Part shown: one piece after another, positions 29,798 to 39,540 of the stretch
How the letters are laid out: every line of letters begins with the position of its first letter
Position numbering within the stretch: position 1 is the first letter of the stretch
NCBI GenBank assembly: GCA_049517435.1
Contig: JBEKRZ010000014.1
Span: 7,443-71,442, forward strand
Reading direction: 5' to 3'
Source: Smithella sp.
Lineage (GTDB): Bacteria > Desulfobacterota > Syntrophia > Syntrophales > Smithellaceae
DNA length: 64,000 nt
The notes under the pieces: generated by a model
What the model was told of the DNA's origin: nothing
The model's database searches: none
What the model saw: the letters and a program-made list of their open reading frames with translations, nothing else
Translations under genes and position numbers: made by a program

Positions 29798-32179
29798 TTA
29801 TGGACGCTCCGGAGAGCTCCATCCGCCGGTTGTGTGACTCCATCCGATCAGGTAAAGCATGGCTTCCGTGGTGCCGGGCGCCAAGGTGGTCAGCGTGCTG
29901 TCCGTGTACGCCGTTGCTCCCTTGCCGAAGAGGCCGTAGACAGGGGAGCCCACAGTGCCCGACAAAGCCAGAGCAGTGGCGCCCACCGACCCGTTCATCA
30001 GACCATCGTCAAGATAGTCGATGGTATCATAGAGTAACCTGCGGGAGTATGTGAGGGCATGGGCGTATGCTCCCGGCTCTCTCTTTAAGAATACAATATT
30101 GGAAACAGCTCCCATCACTCTGGCTTTGTTGTACCCTGCTCCCAGGATAGTCATAGCCGCCGTCCAGTCCGCTGCTGCCGCTTCTGTCAACGTCGGTAGC
30201 GCACTGGTTTTGTATGCCCTCACAAAATCAGGCAAATCTCCTCCCTCACTAGTAATTGTGATGCCTGTATTCTTATCATTAAAAACTTTAATTGCAAGCG
30301 AAAGAGCAGCCTGATAGGCTTCGGACTGTGGCCCCAAGAAGTATTGATTGAAGTCCGCGATCATCGTGATAGCATGACCTCCTTTCGAGGTGTGGCAATT
30401 ATTACAGACAGTGGTGATAGTCTTTTGATCAATAGTTAGGCTATGGTTGCCGGGAGTACGATGGCAGGCTACGCAAGGACCGTTGGCCGTCAGATTTGTC
30501 TGGGATGCAGTGATACCATGATCGCCAATTATTGTCGGCGTCCCCAGTTTCCGGTGGGTACTGGTAATGGTTCCACCATCCTGATCAGATAAAAGAGAAG
30601 TGTCAATTGTTACACCGGGAAGAGCACCCGGAGCAAACGTAATGAAGCCCATTTTGATATACATGGTTGCGGCCGCCTGCAGATAGTGGGTTCGTTGATA
30701 GTTCGTGCTTGTGTCGGTGATAGCACCGGGGTCCTTCTCCCGGGAATCATGACATGCAATACAAATATTGGATGCGGCAATATCGGGGTACCGCAGCTTA
30801 CCGTAATTGAGCGTGTATCCCGGCGGATTCCAGCCCAGATCTGTGGTGTAATTGGTTGTTGGATTGGCATCTTTGAGCGTGCGCAATATACCTGCGCCGG
30901 GATTCGTATGGCAACCATAGCATTTAAGAGGTCCTGCGGCAATTGTACCCGGATTGGTGGTTAAATTTTCAAAGAAGTAAGAGAATCCTTCCGTCGTATG
31001 ACATCGTCCACAGATCCCCGAATTGTGACCGCCGAAAGGACCGCCGGCAACTGTGGCCGCCATAACGGCGTCCACCTGCGCTGTGCTTTTAACAACGAAT
31101 GGTGCAGCCGCGGCATATTTCGCTGTAAGCAATCCGCGGGCATGACCAGACTGCGCCCAATCGGTATAAATTGTTGCCTTTGCAGGATCGTAGGACACAG
31201 ATGCCGGATCGTTATTACTATTTGTCATGGCATTATGGCCGTGACAATCGTAACAGGGATTCGGATTGATGGATCCGTTTGGCAATGTTAACCGTATCCC
31301 ATAGCCTGTTATGTTCCCTGCTACCAGGGCTGCCGGATCCTGGTAATGAGTGGTGCCTATTATCCGGTACCACGAGGTCTCATGATGACCGACTAAAGCG
31401 GTACCCGATGCCACCGTACCGGAACCCATAAGAAGACCGGTTGGGTTTGTATAGCCGTGGCATTGCGTACAGAGACGGAACTGGTCATTGAGGGGACTTG
31501 CTAAACTGCTCGTAACGGAACCAACCGTCGTACTGGGATTCCAGGTTGCATCCACACGAAGTTTTTTGGAATCATGCGTCATATGGCAGGTATCGCACTG
31601 GATCGGCCTGAGATCAGTTACTGTGCCCGGCGCGTTTACTCCGGCCGCCATGACTGTCCCGTCGCCGGTGAAATTGGACATAGCGGACAAGACGGCACCC
31701 ACGTGGGTGTGGCAGCGATTGCACGGTGCTGCTGCTTCTATTTGGACGCCAAGGTGTTTGGAGGTGGAATAGGCTGTACACAATTGATAGTTAGTGGCAA
31801 GAATCACCGTGGACAGGGCCGATATGTCCCCCCCGGTAATGGCTACACCGTTGTTGTGGCAAACGGCGCACTGCACATAATTGGGGTCCGGATAGGGAAT
31901 CGGGCCTACACCATTGTGCGATCCGCCATTTCCGTGGCAGGCCTGGCAGCCTACTGAATTAAGAGCGTGGACCGACGTGTCGTATGTCGTGACGATCGAA
32001 TAACCCGTCAGAGTTTCAAGCGTTGTACTGTGGCACGTCGTGCAGGCCGTGTTGTCAACAGCAGACACCACACCTGAGTCGTCACCATCCCTGTTCGACG
32101 AACCACAGCCGCTTATAAGCAGCAACGACAAGACCAACGCCATAATCGAAGCGAAACCAACATATCTTTTTTTGTTCAT
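29798..32179 (-). CDS. omcB: 12-heme outer-membrane lipoprotein cytochrome c, OmcB/OmcC-like
   Basis: Lipobox LISGC; 12 CxxCH counted; N-terminus ACTTCHS..ETLTG.S...GCQACHG.G..HNGVGPIP matches the OmcB pattern as I recall it. Confidence 0.85.
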   Translation of the reverse strand: MNKKRYVGFASIMALVLSLLLISGCGSSNRDGDDSGVVSAVDNTACTTCHSTTLETLTGYSIVTTYDTSVHALNSVGCQACHGNGGSHNGVGPIPYPDPNYVQCAVCHNNGVAITGGDISALSTVILATNYQLCTAYSTSKHLGVQIEAAAPCNRCHTHVGAVLSAMSNFTGDGTVMAAGVNAPGTVTDLRPIQCDTCHMTHDSKKLRVDATWNPSTTVGSVTSSLASPLNDQFRLCTQCHGYTNPTGLLMGSGTVASGTALVGHHETSWYRIIGTTHYQDPAALVAGNITGYGIRLTLPNGSINPNPCYDCHGHNAMTNSNNDPASVSYDPAKATIYTDWAQSGHARGLLTAKYAAAAPFVVKSTAQVDAVMAATVAGGPFGGHNSGICGRCHTTEGFSYFFENLTTNPGTIAAGPLKCYGCHTNPGAGILRTLKDANPTTNYTTDLGWNPPGYTLNYGKLRYPDIAASNICIACHDSREKDPGAITDTSTNYQRTHYLQAAATMYIKMGFITFAPGALPGVTIDTSLLSDQDGGTITSTHRKLGTPTIIGDHGITASQTNLTANGPCVACHRTPGNHSLTIDQKTITTVCNNCHTSKGGHAITMIADFNQYFLGPQSEAYQAALSLAIKVFNDKNTGITITSEGGDLPDFVRAYKTSALPTLTEAAAADWTAAMTILGAGYNKARVMGAVSNIVFLKREPGAYAHALTYSRRLLYDTIDYLDDGLMNGSVGATALALSGTVGSPVYGLFGKGATAYTDSTLTTLAPGTTEAMLYLIGWSHTTGGWSSPERP

Positions 32180-32205
32180 GGCCGATTCTCCTCACCAGTA
32201 TTAAA

Positions 32206-32901
32206 TTAATACGTTATATGACATTTTCTACAGGTTCTTCCTTTACTGTCATTTTTATACTTGTTCATGATGGATTTCCAATTTCGGGGATGGGGATTCA
32301 CCTTCCCACTGCTGTGGCACTGGATACAGACATCCGCATCCGGATGACAAGATTCGCAGGACTGCAGGTTCCTTCGCGCTTCGGACGCATGATCCGAATT
32401 CCAGTTATATATCTGCGAGGTGCCGGCCGGCCGGTGTGATTTTATTTTCATGCTGCCCTTATTCCGTATCTTGGTGTGACAGTCCTGACAGAAACTCGAC
32501 TCGTGGCAGCGATAGCAATTCTGGGGGTTATCCTTAGCCTTTATAGAATGGATAGAGATAAAATCGGAGCGATGCGTCTTGGGCATATACTCCCCCTTGG
32601 TCGACAGACTTTTCTTCAAATCAGGTTCAATGCCTCCGCCTTTGTGGCAATCTAAACAGAAGGATTGTTGATGGCAATCCGCACAATTGTTCCCCGCCTT
32701 TTGGGCCAGCAACCGATGTTCTTTCACAAAGAAATCACCGTGATTGGCTATCACGCCAACGCTGCTGTGACAAACCGGGCAGTCACTAAGTGCTACATCC
32801 TTGAATTCTCTGTGGTCGGTCCTGGCAAAGGAGAGACAGACGACCAAGAGAAGTAAGGCTGTGGACAACAGTATAATTTTAAATGCCTTATTATTTATCA
32901 T
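32206..32901 (-). CDS. omaB: Periplasmic 8-heme cytochrome c, OmaB-like
   Basis: Signal peptide; 8 CxxCH counted; located between the porin and the OmcB-like gene. Confidence 0.8.
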   Translation of the reverse strand: MINNKAFKIILLSTALLLLVVCLSFARTDHREFKDVALSDCPVCHSSVGVIANHGDFFVKEHRLLAQKAGNNCADCHQQSFCLDCHKGGGIEPDLKKSLSTKGEYMPKTHRSDFISIHSIKAKDNPQNCYRCHESSFCQDCHTKIRNKGSMKIKSHRPAGTSQIYNWNSDHASEARRNLQSCESCHPDADVCIQCHSSGKVNPHPRNWKSIMNKYKNDSKGRTCRKCHITY

Positions 32902-32918
32902 GGTCTCCCCTCATAAGT

Positions 32919-34385
32919 TCAATAATTGATATTAATGGCCACAAAGCCTTTATAACTGTTGTTATAGTTGAAATTGATATCGTCCTCAACCTTCATGCTT
33001 ACAGTTATGATCTTACTGAATTCGTAATTGACACCTGCCCAGTATTTTTCCGCATTTCCATCGCGGGAGTCATACCTTCTGAAATCATCATAATCGATTC
33101 CGGCCATAAGAGCCATCTTGGAGATCTTATACTCACCATAAAGTCTGATGCCGCTGAGACCGTCGGTATAACCGCTCCTTATTTCATAGGTCGCATTAAT
33201 GGTTAGATCTTTGATCGGACGGGCAAGAAAACCAACGTCATAGACATTGGCAATCGCACTATCGCTGTTACCGATATTACCACTAAAATCTTCCCGGGCG
33301 TATTTAACGCTGACCCGGTACTTGCTGGTCAATTGATACTCGGCGGAAATGCTCTGTTCCTTGTACTGGTCGACGGCAAAAACACTGTAAAGGGAGGAAG
33401 TGTCAAACGTAGGATAACTTTCATAATACTCGCCGCGAAGGGTTAAATCTTGGAGAGGGGTGACTTTTGCGCCAAAAAGCATCTCATTGAACGATTCTGA
33501 AATAGTGTCATATTTCAACCGCGCGTAAAAATTAACCATACCACTGATAGGGGTGGTGGAAAAATCCAGACCAACGTTTTCGCGCGCTAACAGGCTGTCG
33601 CCATCGGCCTCACAATATTTCCTTCCATAACTCACTTCGACATGCGTATTTTTTATTGTATCCAGATAAACGCTCATTCCGATGAGGCCATCCCCTCGAG
33701 TGCCCGTCTCTGTCTTATCTGCAAATATCACATTTCTCCCGCCGAAAAAAGTAATCCCCATCGGACCCAGATTTTTCAGATCCATGTGGATACCATCTAT
33801 GGTTCCGGAAACCGCCGCTTCATTTACAAAGGTTCTGCCGGCTCTTAAATCGAGATGTTCATTGAAGGCATCCCGGTAATCCAGGTAAAAATAATACAAC
33901 CTTCCTTGGAAATCTTCATCATGATCCGTCCAGAGTTCTTTGATAGCCCTTCCGTATGCGTAAAAGTTGATCTTCCCTTCCTTGTCCAGATTGGTGACAT
34001 TCATCCGCAAATACTGGGCAAAATCCTGGATGCTCTTCTCCCTATCGACCGCCAACAAATCCTGATACCAAAGATATTGCGTGGAACTCGTCAGCTTTAC
34101 CTCCGCCCGCTGAGGACTTCGAGGCGGGTTCTCCTGCTCCGGCTTTTTCACCTCCTGCTGAAGGCTTCTAGGCGTCTTATCTTGTTCCGGTTCTTTTATC
34201 TTTTGTTGAGGACTTTGAGGTGAGTTATCATCAAGGGCGTCTTCTGCGTCGGGTGCATTAAATCCCCTTAGAGTAAGCTGCGTCTTCTTAATTGGTTCCT
34301 GTGCCATAATGGGTATGGCCACAAATAGCATACACGTAAAAAATACTACTGACAATGAACCAATAAATATCCTACTTTTCATCAT
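32919..34385 (-). CDS. ombB: Outer-membrane beta-barrel porin-like protein, OmbB-like
   Basis: Signal peptide, alternating amphipathic beta-strand pattern rich in Y/F/G, C-terminal aromatic (AININY), no CxxCH; assignment relies on synteny. Confidence 0.72.
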   Translation of the reverse strand: MMKSRIFIGSLSVVFFTCMLFVAIPIMAQEPIKKTQLTLRGFNAPDAEDALDDNSPQSPQQKIKEPEQDKTPRSLQQEVKKPEQENPPRSPQRAEVKLTSSTQYLWYQDLLAVDREKSIQDFAQYLRMNVTNLDKEGKINFYAYGRAIKELWTDHDEDFQGRLYYFYLDYRDAFNEHLDLRAGRTFVNEAAVSGTIDGIHMDLKNLGPMGITFFGGRNVIFADKTETGTRGDGLIGMSVYLDTIKNTHVEVSYGRKYCEADGDSLLARENVGLDFSTTPISGMVNFYARLKYDTISESFNEMLFGAKVTPLQDLTLRGEYYESYPTFDTSSLYSVFAVDQYKEQSISAEYQLTSKYRVSVKYAREDFSGNIGNSDSAIANVYDVGFLARPIKDLTINATYEIRSGYTDGLSGIRLYGEYKISKMALMAGIDYDDFRRYDSRDGNAEKYWAGVNYEFSKIITVSMKVEDDINFNYNNSYKGFVAININY

Positions 34386-35064
34386 TATCCTTTGGTTAAA
34401 GCGTCCCCAAATTTATTCGCTGTTCTCGATTATATTACAATAACCAGTATGACAATGTGACGAAAATGCAATGCGTTAATATATTAGTTGTACACAACAG
34501 CAATTCTTATAAAAAATTATCGCTTAATCCCTATGATTATATTAATATTAAACTACAGTAGAATAATTATTTTTATTCGCATGAGAAGAGTAATGGCACG
34601 CCAAGAGCCATCAAAATTACAAAATATTTCATCCCCTTCATTGCCAGCAATCTTAGTTATTTCTAATACTATATTTTATCTTTTACATGCTTGCTAACAT
34701 TAGGTGGTTCTAATAATTTTGATAGGAAATAAGACGATATTTAAAATGTAAAGTATTTCTGTTATTTATGTCAAGAAGTATTTTGCAGCTTATGAATTTT
34801 TCTATTTTTCTTGACGCCGCCTCAAAAAAGCGAACAAATAATAGTTGACTGGTCAGACCATTTACCCGTTGGCTATTTTATGGAGGCATTTTAAAGGGCG
34901 GACGAAAAGTGTGAAACCAAGTGGGGTGTATTTTTGATATTTATCATATGGCATAAATCATGTTTATTGTGAAACTCAAATTGCGAAAACGGAGCGCATA
35001 ACCTAAACAACCTGAATAAGCTGAAGGTCACGCGGGGTCACACGTCGTAATTTTTAAACTAAAC

Positions 35065-35625
35065 TTAAACTTTAACACGCTCCACATCACCGGTGATGCA
35101 GCCGATATCCATTATAAGCTTGCAATGCGGCATCGGGATCCCTATCAGTGTTGTAGCGATGAATTCCGATATAATGCCGCACTGCTTGATGGTGTCGAGA
35201 TAAACATACCGGGTTACAGCGGAGCCCTTTGTGGTGATGACGCCGGATTGAAGTACCTCAACGCCGTTTGCTTTCATCTGTTCAAGTTTCTTGTCGTAAC
35301 CCGTCACGGTAAACCCGAGATGATGGATGCCGCCGCCGCTTTTCGCGAGCATATCCGAATAAACGTTCTCATCTTTGCTTTTTACCTGGATAAGCTCGAT
35401 CTCCACACCGCCCTGAAATGCAAGTACGATATCTGCTTCGACATTGATGGGTTTTCCCCGATAGATGGTTTCATGTTTTACGGTGTTTGAGCTATACCAT
35501 GGTCCGATGTTGAGGAGTTTTGCATAATAGGCCACCGCTTCCGGTATGTCCTTAACAAGGATGCCGATCTGGTCTACGTTGGGAAGTTTCATTTGGCTGA
35601 TGCTGCTAATGTCCGGTTGTTTCAT
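35065..35625 (-). CDS. VOC family protein (methylmalonyl-CoA epimerase-like)
   Basis: DQIGILVKD, IELIQ, GIHHLGF, YLDT...IISEF. Confidence 0.85.
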   Translation of the reverse strand: MKQPDISSISQMKLPNVDQIGILVKDIPEAVAYYAKLLNIGPWYSSNTVKHETIYRGKPINVEADIVLAFQGGVEIELIQVKSKDENVYSDMLAKSGGGIHHLGFTVTGYDKKLEQMKANGVEVLQSGVITTKGSAVTRYVYLDTIKQCGIISEFIATTLIGIPMPHCKLIMDIGCITGDVERVKV

Positions 35626-35639
35626 TAATGCTCCCTTTC

Positions 35640-36854
35640 CTATTCAAAGCTGACAGCTGTTTTCATCGCCCGGTTGACGTCTTTCTTTAAATTGATCTCG
35701 ATCAATTCCCTGTATTTTTCCAGCGGGAACTTGTGTGTAAGCATGTTCTCCACCTGTATTTTTTTGGATGAAATCAAATCAATGGCCATTTCAAATGTAT
35801 GCTTTTTGACTCCAGCGATATTGTTGTAACGGTAGCCGTAGCAACCTTTGACGGTCTGCAGCTTAAGCCACAACGTCGTGAGATCTAGTTTTACCTCCTT
35901 GCCGATGCCGATGACGGAAAGCGTGCCGTTTGTAGCCGTGACGCGCAGCGCCATATTCAAGGTGTCGGCGTGCCCAACAGTATCATAGACCTTGTCGAAG
36001 CCGCCCATCACTACACGTTCTCCCAACAGGGGTTGATAGGCGCGTCCACCGGCAATCTCTACGGCAGCGTCGATGATTCCGCCTTTGATGGTCCGGTTGG
36101 CTCCGCATTTTTTTATATGCTCAGCCGCGAAAGTAGATGGTTCGACAACTGTGATATCACAGCCGCTGTCCAGCGCGCGCATGCACTTGACCACCATGGC
36201 GCCAATGACGCCGCCGCCGATAACCAGCACCTTGTCTGTGTCCTCCGGACGGTTGTCCAACACAGCCTGCAAACCCACTGCCAGGGGTTCGATCAGGGCT
36301 GCCGATTCCGGCGATACGCCGGCTGGTATTACGTGGATCTGGCTCTTATGTGCCACGACATACTCGGCAAATCCGCCGTTGATGTCTTTGCAGATGCCGA
36401 TGAACATGCCCGGCGAGAAAGCTCCTTCGGCGAAATTATCGCAATTGGCCGTTGATCCGGCGGCACAGCTCCGGCATATCGGCGCGATGTCGCGTGTATA
36501 ACAGTTGAGGGCGGGAACGACCGTAACGAGATCGCCGGTTTTGCAATTCTCAACCTCTTTGCCGGTCTCAACGATCTCACCGCAGAATTCGTGTCCCGGC
36601 ACGCAGGGAAAAGACGTGAAGGGTGATGCGGTCGGCGAATCCTTCAGGAAAAGGAGATTTATATCGCTGCCGCAGACACCGCAGAATTTTATTTTTATCT
36701 TTACCCACTCAGGCGACGGGAGCGTTGGTTCCGGTATATCGACAAGTTTCACCGTGGAGAAAGGTCCCCGGTAACAGAAGCTTCCGCTGATGGGCCGCAG
36801 CGCCTGGATGATTAAAAATTTGGGTACATTAACATTAAATTGAAGTGCTTTCAT
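35640..36854 (-). CDS. Zn-dependent alcohol dehydrogenase (MDR family)
   Basis: CGVCGSD, GHEFCG, structural Cys cluster, GGGVIG NAD-binding motif. Confidence 0.9.
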   Translation of the reverse strand: MKALQFNVNVPKFLIIQALRPISGSFCYRGPFSTVKLVDIPEPTLPSPEWVKIKIKFCGVCGSDINLLFLKDSPTASPFTSFPCVPGHEFCGEIVETGKEVENCKTGDLVTVVPALNCYTRDIAPICRSCAAGSTANCDNFAEGAFSPGMFIGICKDINGGFAEYVVAHKSQIHVIPAGVSPESAALIEPLAVGLQAVLDNRPEDTDKVLVIGGGVIGAMVVKCMRALDSGCDITVVEPSTFAAEHIKKCGANRTIKGGIIDAAVEIAGGRAYQPLLGERVVMGGFDKVYDTVGHADTLNMALRVTATNGTLSVIGIGKEVKLDLTTLWLKLQTVKGCYGYRYNNIAGVKKHTFEMAIDLISSKKIQVENMLTHKFPLEKYRELIEINLKKDVNRAMKTAVSFE

Positions 36855-36946
36855 TGAACGTCTCCCTGAACATTTTTTGGTATCTACATTTTACCATTTA
36901 TAAATCAAAGATAACATCGCGGCGATAAGGCGCATAAATCTGCCAA

Positions 36947-37085
36947 ATCCCCCTGTCTCCCCCTTTACAAAAGGGGGAATTTTCTAAATTGAATTTTTTC
37001 CTTAGCCCCTTCTACCAAAGGAGGATTTCTCTAAAAGAAATTTTCCCTTAAACCCTCCTTTTCTAAAGGAGGGTTAGGGAGGATT
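36947..37085. repeat. Three tandem C-rich/G-rich hairpins (REP-like)
   Basis: CCCCCTTTACAAAAGGGGG, CCCCTTCTACCAAAGGAGG, AACCCTCCTTTTCTAAAGGAGGGTT. Confidence 0.65.
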
Positions 37086-37171
37086 TTTTTAATATTTAGA
37101 AAACCGCCTACGACCCAGGCATGCGCCGGGCTTCGCTGCCAACAAAGCTAGCGTTTTAATTTAAACCGGTC

Positions 37172-38842
37172 TTATTCCATCTTCAACGCCTGATAGAACA
37201 ATACCGTTGCGGGACTGGTGACGGTCGGGTCGGTCATCACATTCACGCAGGCCGGTTTCCCGGATTCAAAAGCGCGTTTGAGCGCGGGAATGATATCCTC
37301 ATCCTTTGTGACAAATTCGCCATATCCACCCAGACCTTCTACCATCTTTTCATAGTGTCTTGTGCCCAGTTCCGCGCACTGGAGCCTTTCGGGGCCAATG
37401 GACATTTCCTGAGAGTGTTTGATCATGCCCCAGGCGCAGTCATTATTGACCACGCACACTATCGGAATATTGAGTCGCACCATCGTGTCGAATTCCATGG
37501 CATTAAAGCCGAAAGATCCGTCGCCGTTGAGCAGCAATACCTTCATCTCCGGCCGCGCCAGCTTGGCAGCCATGGCGAAGGGAATGCCGGTGCCGAGGCA
37601 ACCGAGAAGACCCGCAGATGAACCGATAACGCCGGCTTTATGTTTCGACATAAACCCGACAAGGCCGAAATAAGAAGTGTCGCCGCCGTCAACAACGTAT
37701 AGCGCATCATCGCCAACATATTTCCTGATTTGCTCAGCCAGGCGGATCGGGTGAATGGGTTCGGATACCGCCTGACGGATTTTAAGTTCCCCGTCAATCA
37801 TGGATAGGCTTGCCGCTTTCAGCGTTTTCACCCATTCGCCGTGATCCTTTTTATTGAGCAGTGGATTAAGCTGACCCAGCACGGAACCGCAATCGCCGAC
37901 AAGTCCGACATCGGCCTGCCTGTTCCGGTCGATTTCATGCGGGTCGATATCAATCCGCACAATCTTGGTTGTGGGCGGAATAACGTTGCCCGACTGGAGC
38001 AGCCAGTTGAGGCGAAGCCCTGCAATGACAATTACATCAGCTTGGGCAGCGGTCACCATGATACCGACGTTGCCACAATCCCAGATGGAAAGAGGATGGT
38101 TGTCGGGAAGCGTTCCCCTGCCGTGATTGAGGAGAATAAAGGGTATCCCCGTTTTATCAATAAATTGTCCGAGGCAATCCGTGCAGGAGCTGAATCCTAC
38201 GCCGGTTCCGCCGAGAAACAACGGCTTCTTGGCGTTGTTGATGATATCCGCTGCTGCTTTCAGATCGGCATCGTCGGGATGAACCGTGTATTTCCGCGTG
38301 GGCCGGCTTGGCATCGGCGCCAGGGATTCATCAATTTTTATGCCGAGGATATCGGGTGGCAGTTCCAGGAGAACAGGGCCTGGCCTCCCCGATGTAGCCT
38401 GCCGGAAGGCGATCGCCAGATATTCCGGTATCCGCTTAGTCTCGTAACAGGTGGCAGCCCATTTGGTAATGGGCTTGACTACGTCCATCTGATTCATTTC
38501 CTGAAGCGCTCCCTTCAGATCTTCCTTCAGCGGGTGCTTGCCGCAAAGCACCACCAGCGGCGCGTTATCAAGGTAGGCGTTCGCAATTCCCGTAAGACCG
38601 TTGGTAAACCCCGGCCCTGCAGTCAGAAAGCATACTCCGGGTTTGCCTGTATAAACATACCAGGCATGCGCCATCATTGCCGCGGCCTGCTCATGCCGAA
38701 CGTCAATGGTACGAATCTTGTATTGAGTAAAGCCATCCAGAATCGCCTCCAGATGTCCGCCGGAAATGCCGAACACAATTTCAACCTTTTCCACCTCTTT
38801 TAAATATTTGCCTACAAGATGACCGCCATTAATAGTTCCCAT
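37172..38842 (-). CDS. Thiamine-diphosphate-dependent enzyme (acetolactate synthase-like; HACL/IlvBL-type)
   Basis: DVRHEQAA, TAGPG, GDGSFGFNAMEFDT...NNDCAWG ThDP motif. Confidence 0.88.
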   Translation of the reverse strand: MGTINGGHLVGKYLKEVEKVEIVFGISGGHLEAILDGFTQYKIRTIDVRHEQAAAMMAHAWYVYTGKPGVCFLTAGPGFTNGLTGIANAYLDNAPLVVLCGKHPLKEDLKGALQEMNQMDVVKPITKWAATCYETKRIPEYLAIAFRQATSGRPGPVLLELPPDILGIKIDESLAPMPSRPTRKYTVHPDDADLKAAADIINNAKKPLFLGGTGVGFSSCTDCLGQFIDKTGIPFILLNHGRGTLPDNHPLSIWDCGNVGIMVTAAQADVIVIAGLRLNWLLQSGNVIPPTTKIVRIDIDPHEIDRNRQADVGLVGDCGSVLGQLNPLLNKKDHGEWVKTLKAASLSMIDGELKIRQAVSEPIHPIRLAEQIRKYVGDDALYVVDGGDTSYFGLVGFMSKHKAGVIGSSAGLLGCLGTGIPFAMAAKLARPEMKVLLLNGDGSFGFNAMEFDTMVRLNIPIVCVVNNDCAWGMIKHSQEMSIGPERLQCAELGTRHYEKMVEGLGGYGEFVTKDEDIIPALKRAFESGKPACVNVMTDPTVTSPATVLFYQALKME

Positions 38843-38931
38843 AGTCTTTCTCCTTTTTCACCCATTGTATTGAATGCAGAAAAAATATAAATTTGACTTA
38901 TAGTAACGGCTTTGTAAAAGTTCCGCCTTTT

Positions 38932-39297
38932 TCACTTCATTACTAGTTTTATACCGTCATTAAACCATTGAATATAAGCCGCCATGCCGTCTATTTTCAA
39001 ATTACCTTTTGCAGCCGCCTGAAAAGTTTGTTCATCACTGCCCGAAGACATCACCTTGAAAGCAGTGTTGGAGTCAGACCAGACAAGCGCCGCGTCATAA
39101 GGGTGCATGCCGCCGGTAAAAGTTGACAATTTACCCCGGTCAAAAATGAACAACCTGCCATGTTTCCCATCGGCTGTCTTAATCATGATTTTCACCTGCA
39201 TGCCGCCGAGAAAACTCTGGTATGCCGCGTTTTTCATCGCAGCCCTTTTCAACTTTTGATACAAAATGAAAAGCAACAGTCTTAATTTCATAAGCAT
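38932..39297 (-). CDS. SCP2 sterol/lipid-binding-like protein
   Basis: QAAAKGNLKIDG motif typical of SCP2 C-termini; GAGGAG RBS before ATG 39297. Confidence 0.65.
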   Translation of the reverse strand: MLMKLRLLLFILYQKLKRAAMKNAAYQSFLGGMQVKIMIKTADGKHGRLFIFDRGKLSTFTGGMHPYDAALVWSDSNTAFKVMSSGSDEQTFQAAAKGNLKIDGMAAYIQWFNDGIKLVMK

Positions 39298-39540
39298 CTC
39301 CTCTTCGATGTCCATTCACCCAGCTTTACTTGACAACCTCCGTGCATAGAATATTTGGCAAGAATGACCCTATAAAAACACAAAACCCCGCTCTCGTTTT
39401 TAAAGCAGGGTTTCAATAATCTCTTCATGTCATCACCATTCTAAAAAAGGTTTAAATTGGTGTTAACTAATTGACAATGGTTCATCTGAATGTGTTTGAT
39501 ATTTGCCTTAATGTGAGTTGAGAAGTCAAGAGGAAAAATC

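Noticed and set aside
24689-34385. Selenocysteine-containing (CxxUH) cytochromes or an MtrCAB assignment
   Set aside because: No in-frame TGA within the cytochrome ORFs; heme counts (8 and 12) and gene order fit Pcc, not decaheme MtrA/MtrC.
34488-35040. 69-aa ORF and possible sigma54/Fur sites upstream of the porin gene
   Set aside because: AT-rich intergenic DNA; the TGGCAC/TGGCAT hits lack the -12 TTGC element, and no convincing Fur box was found.
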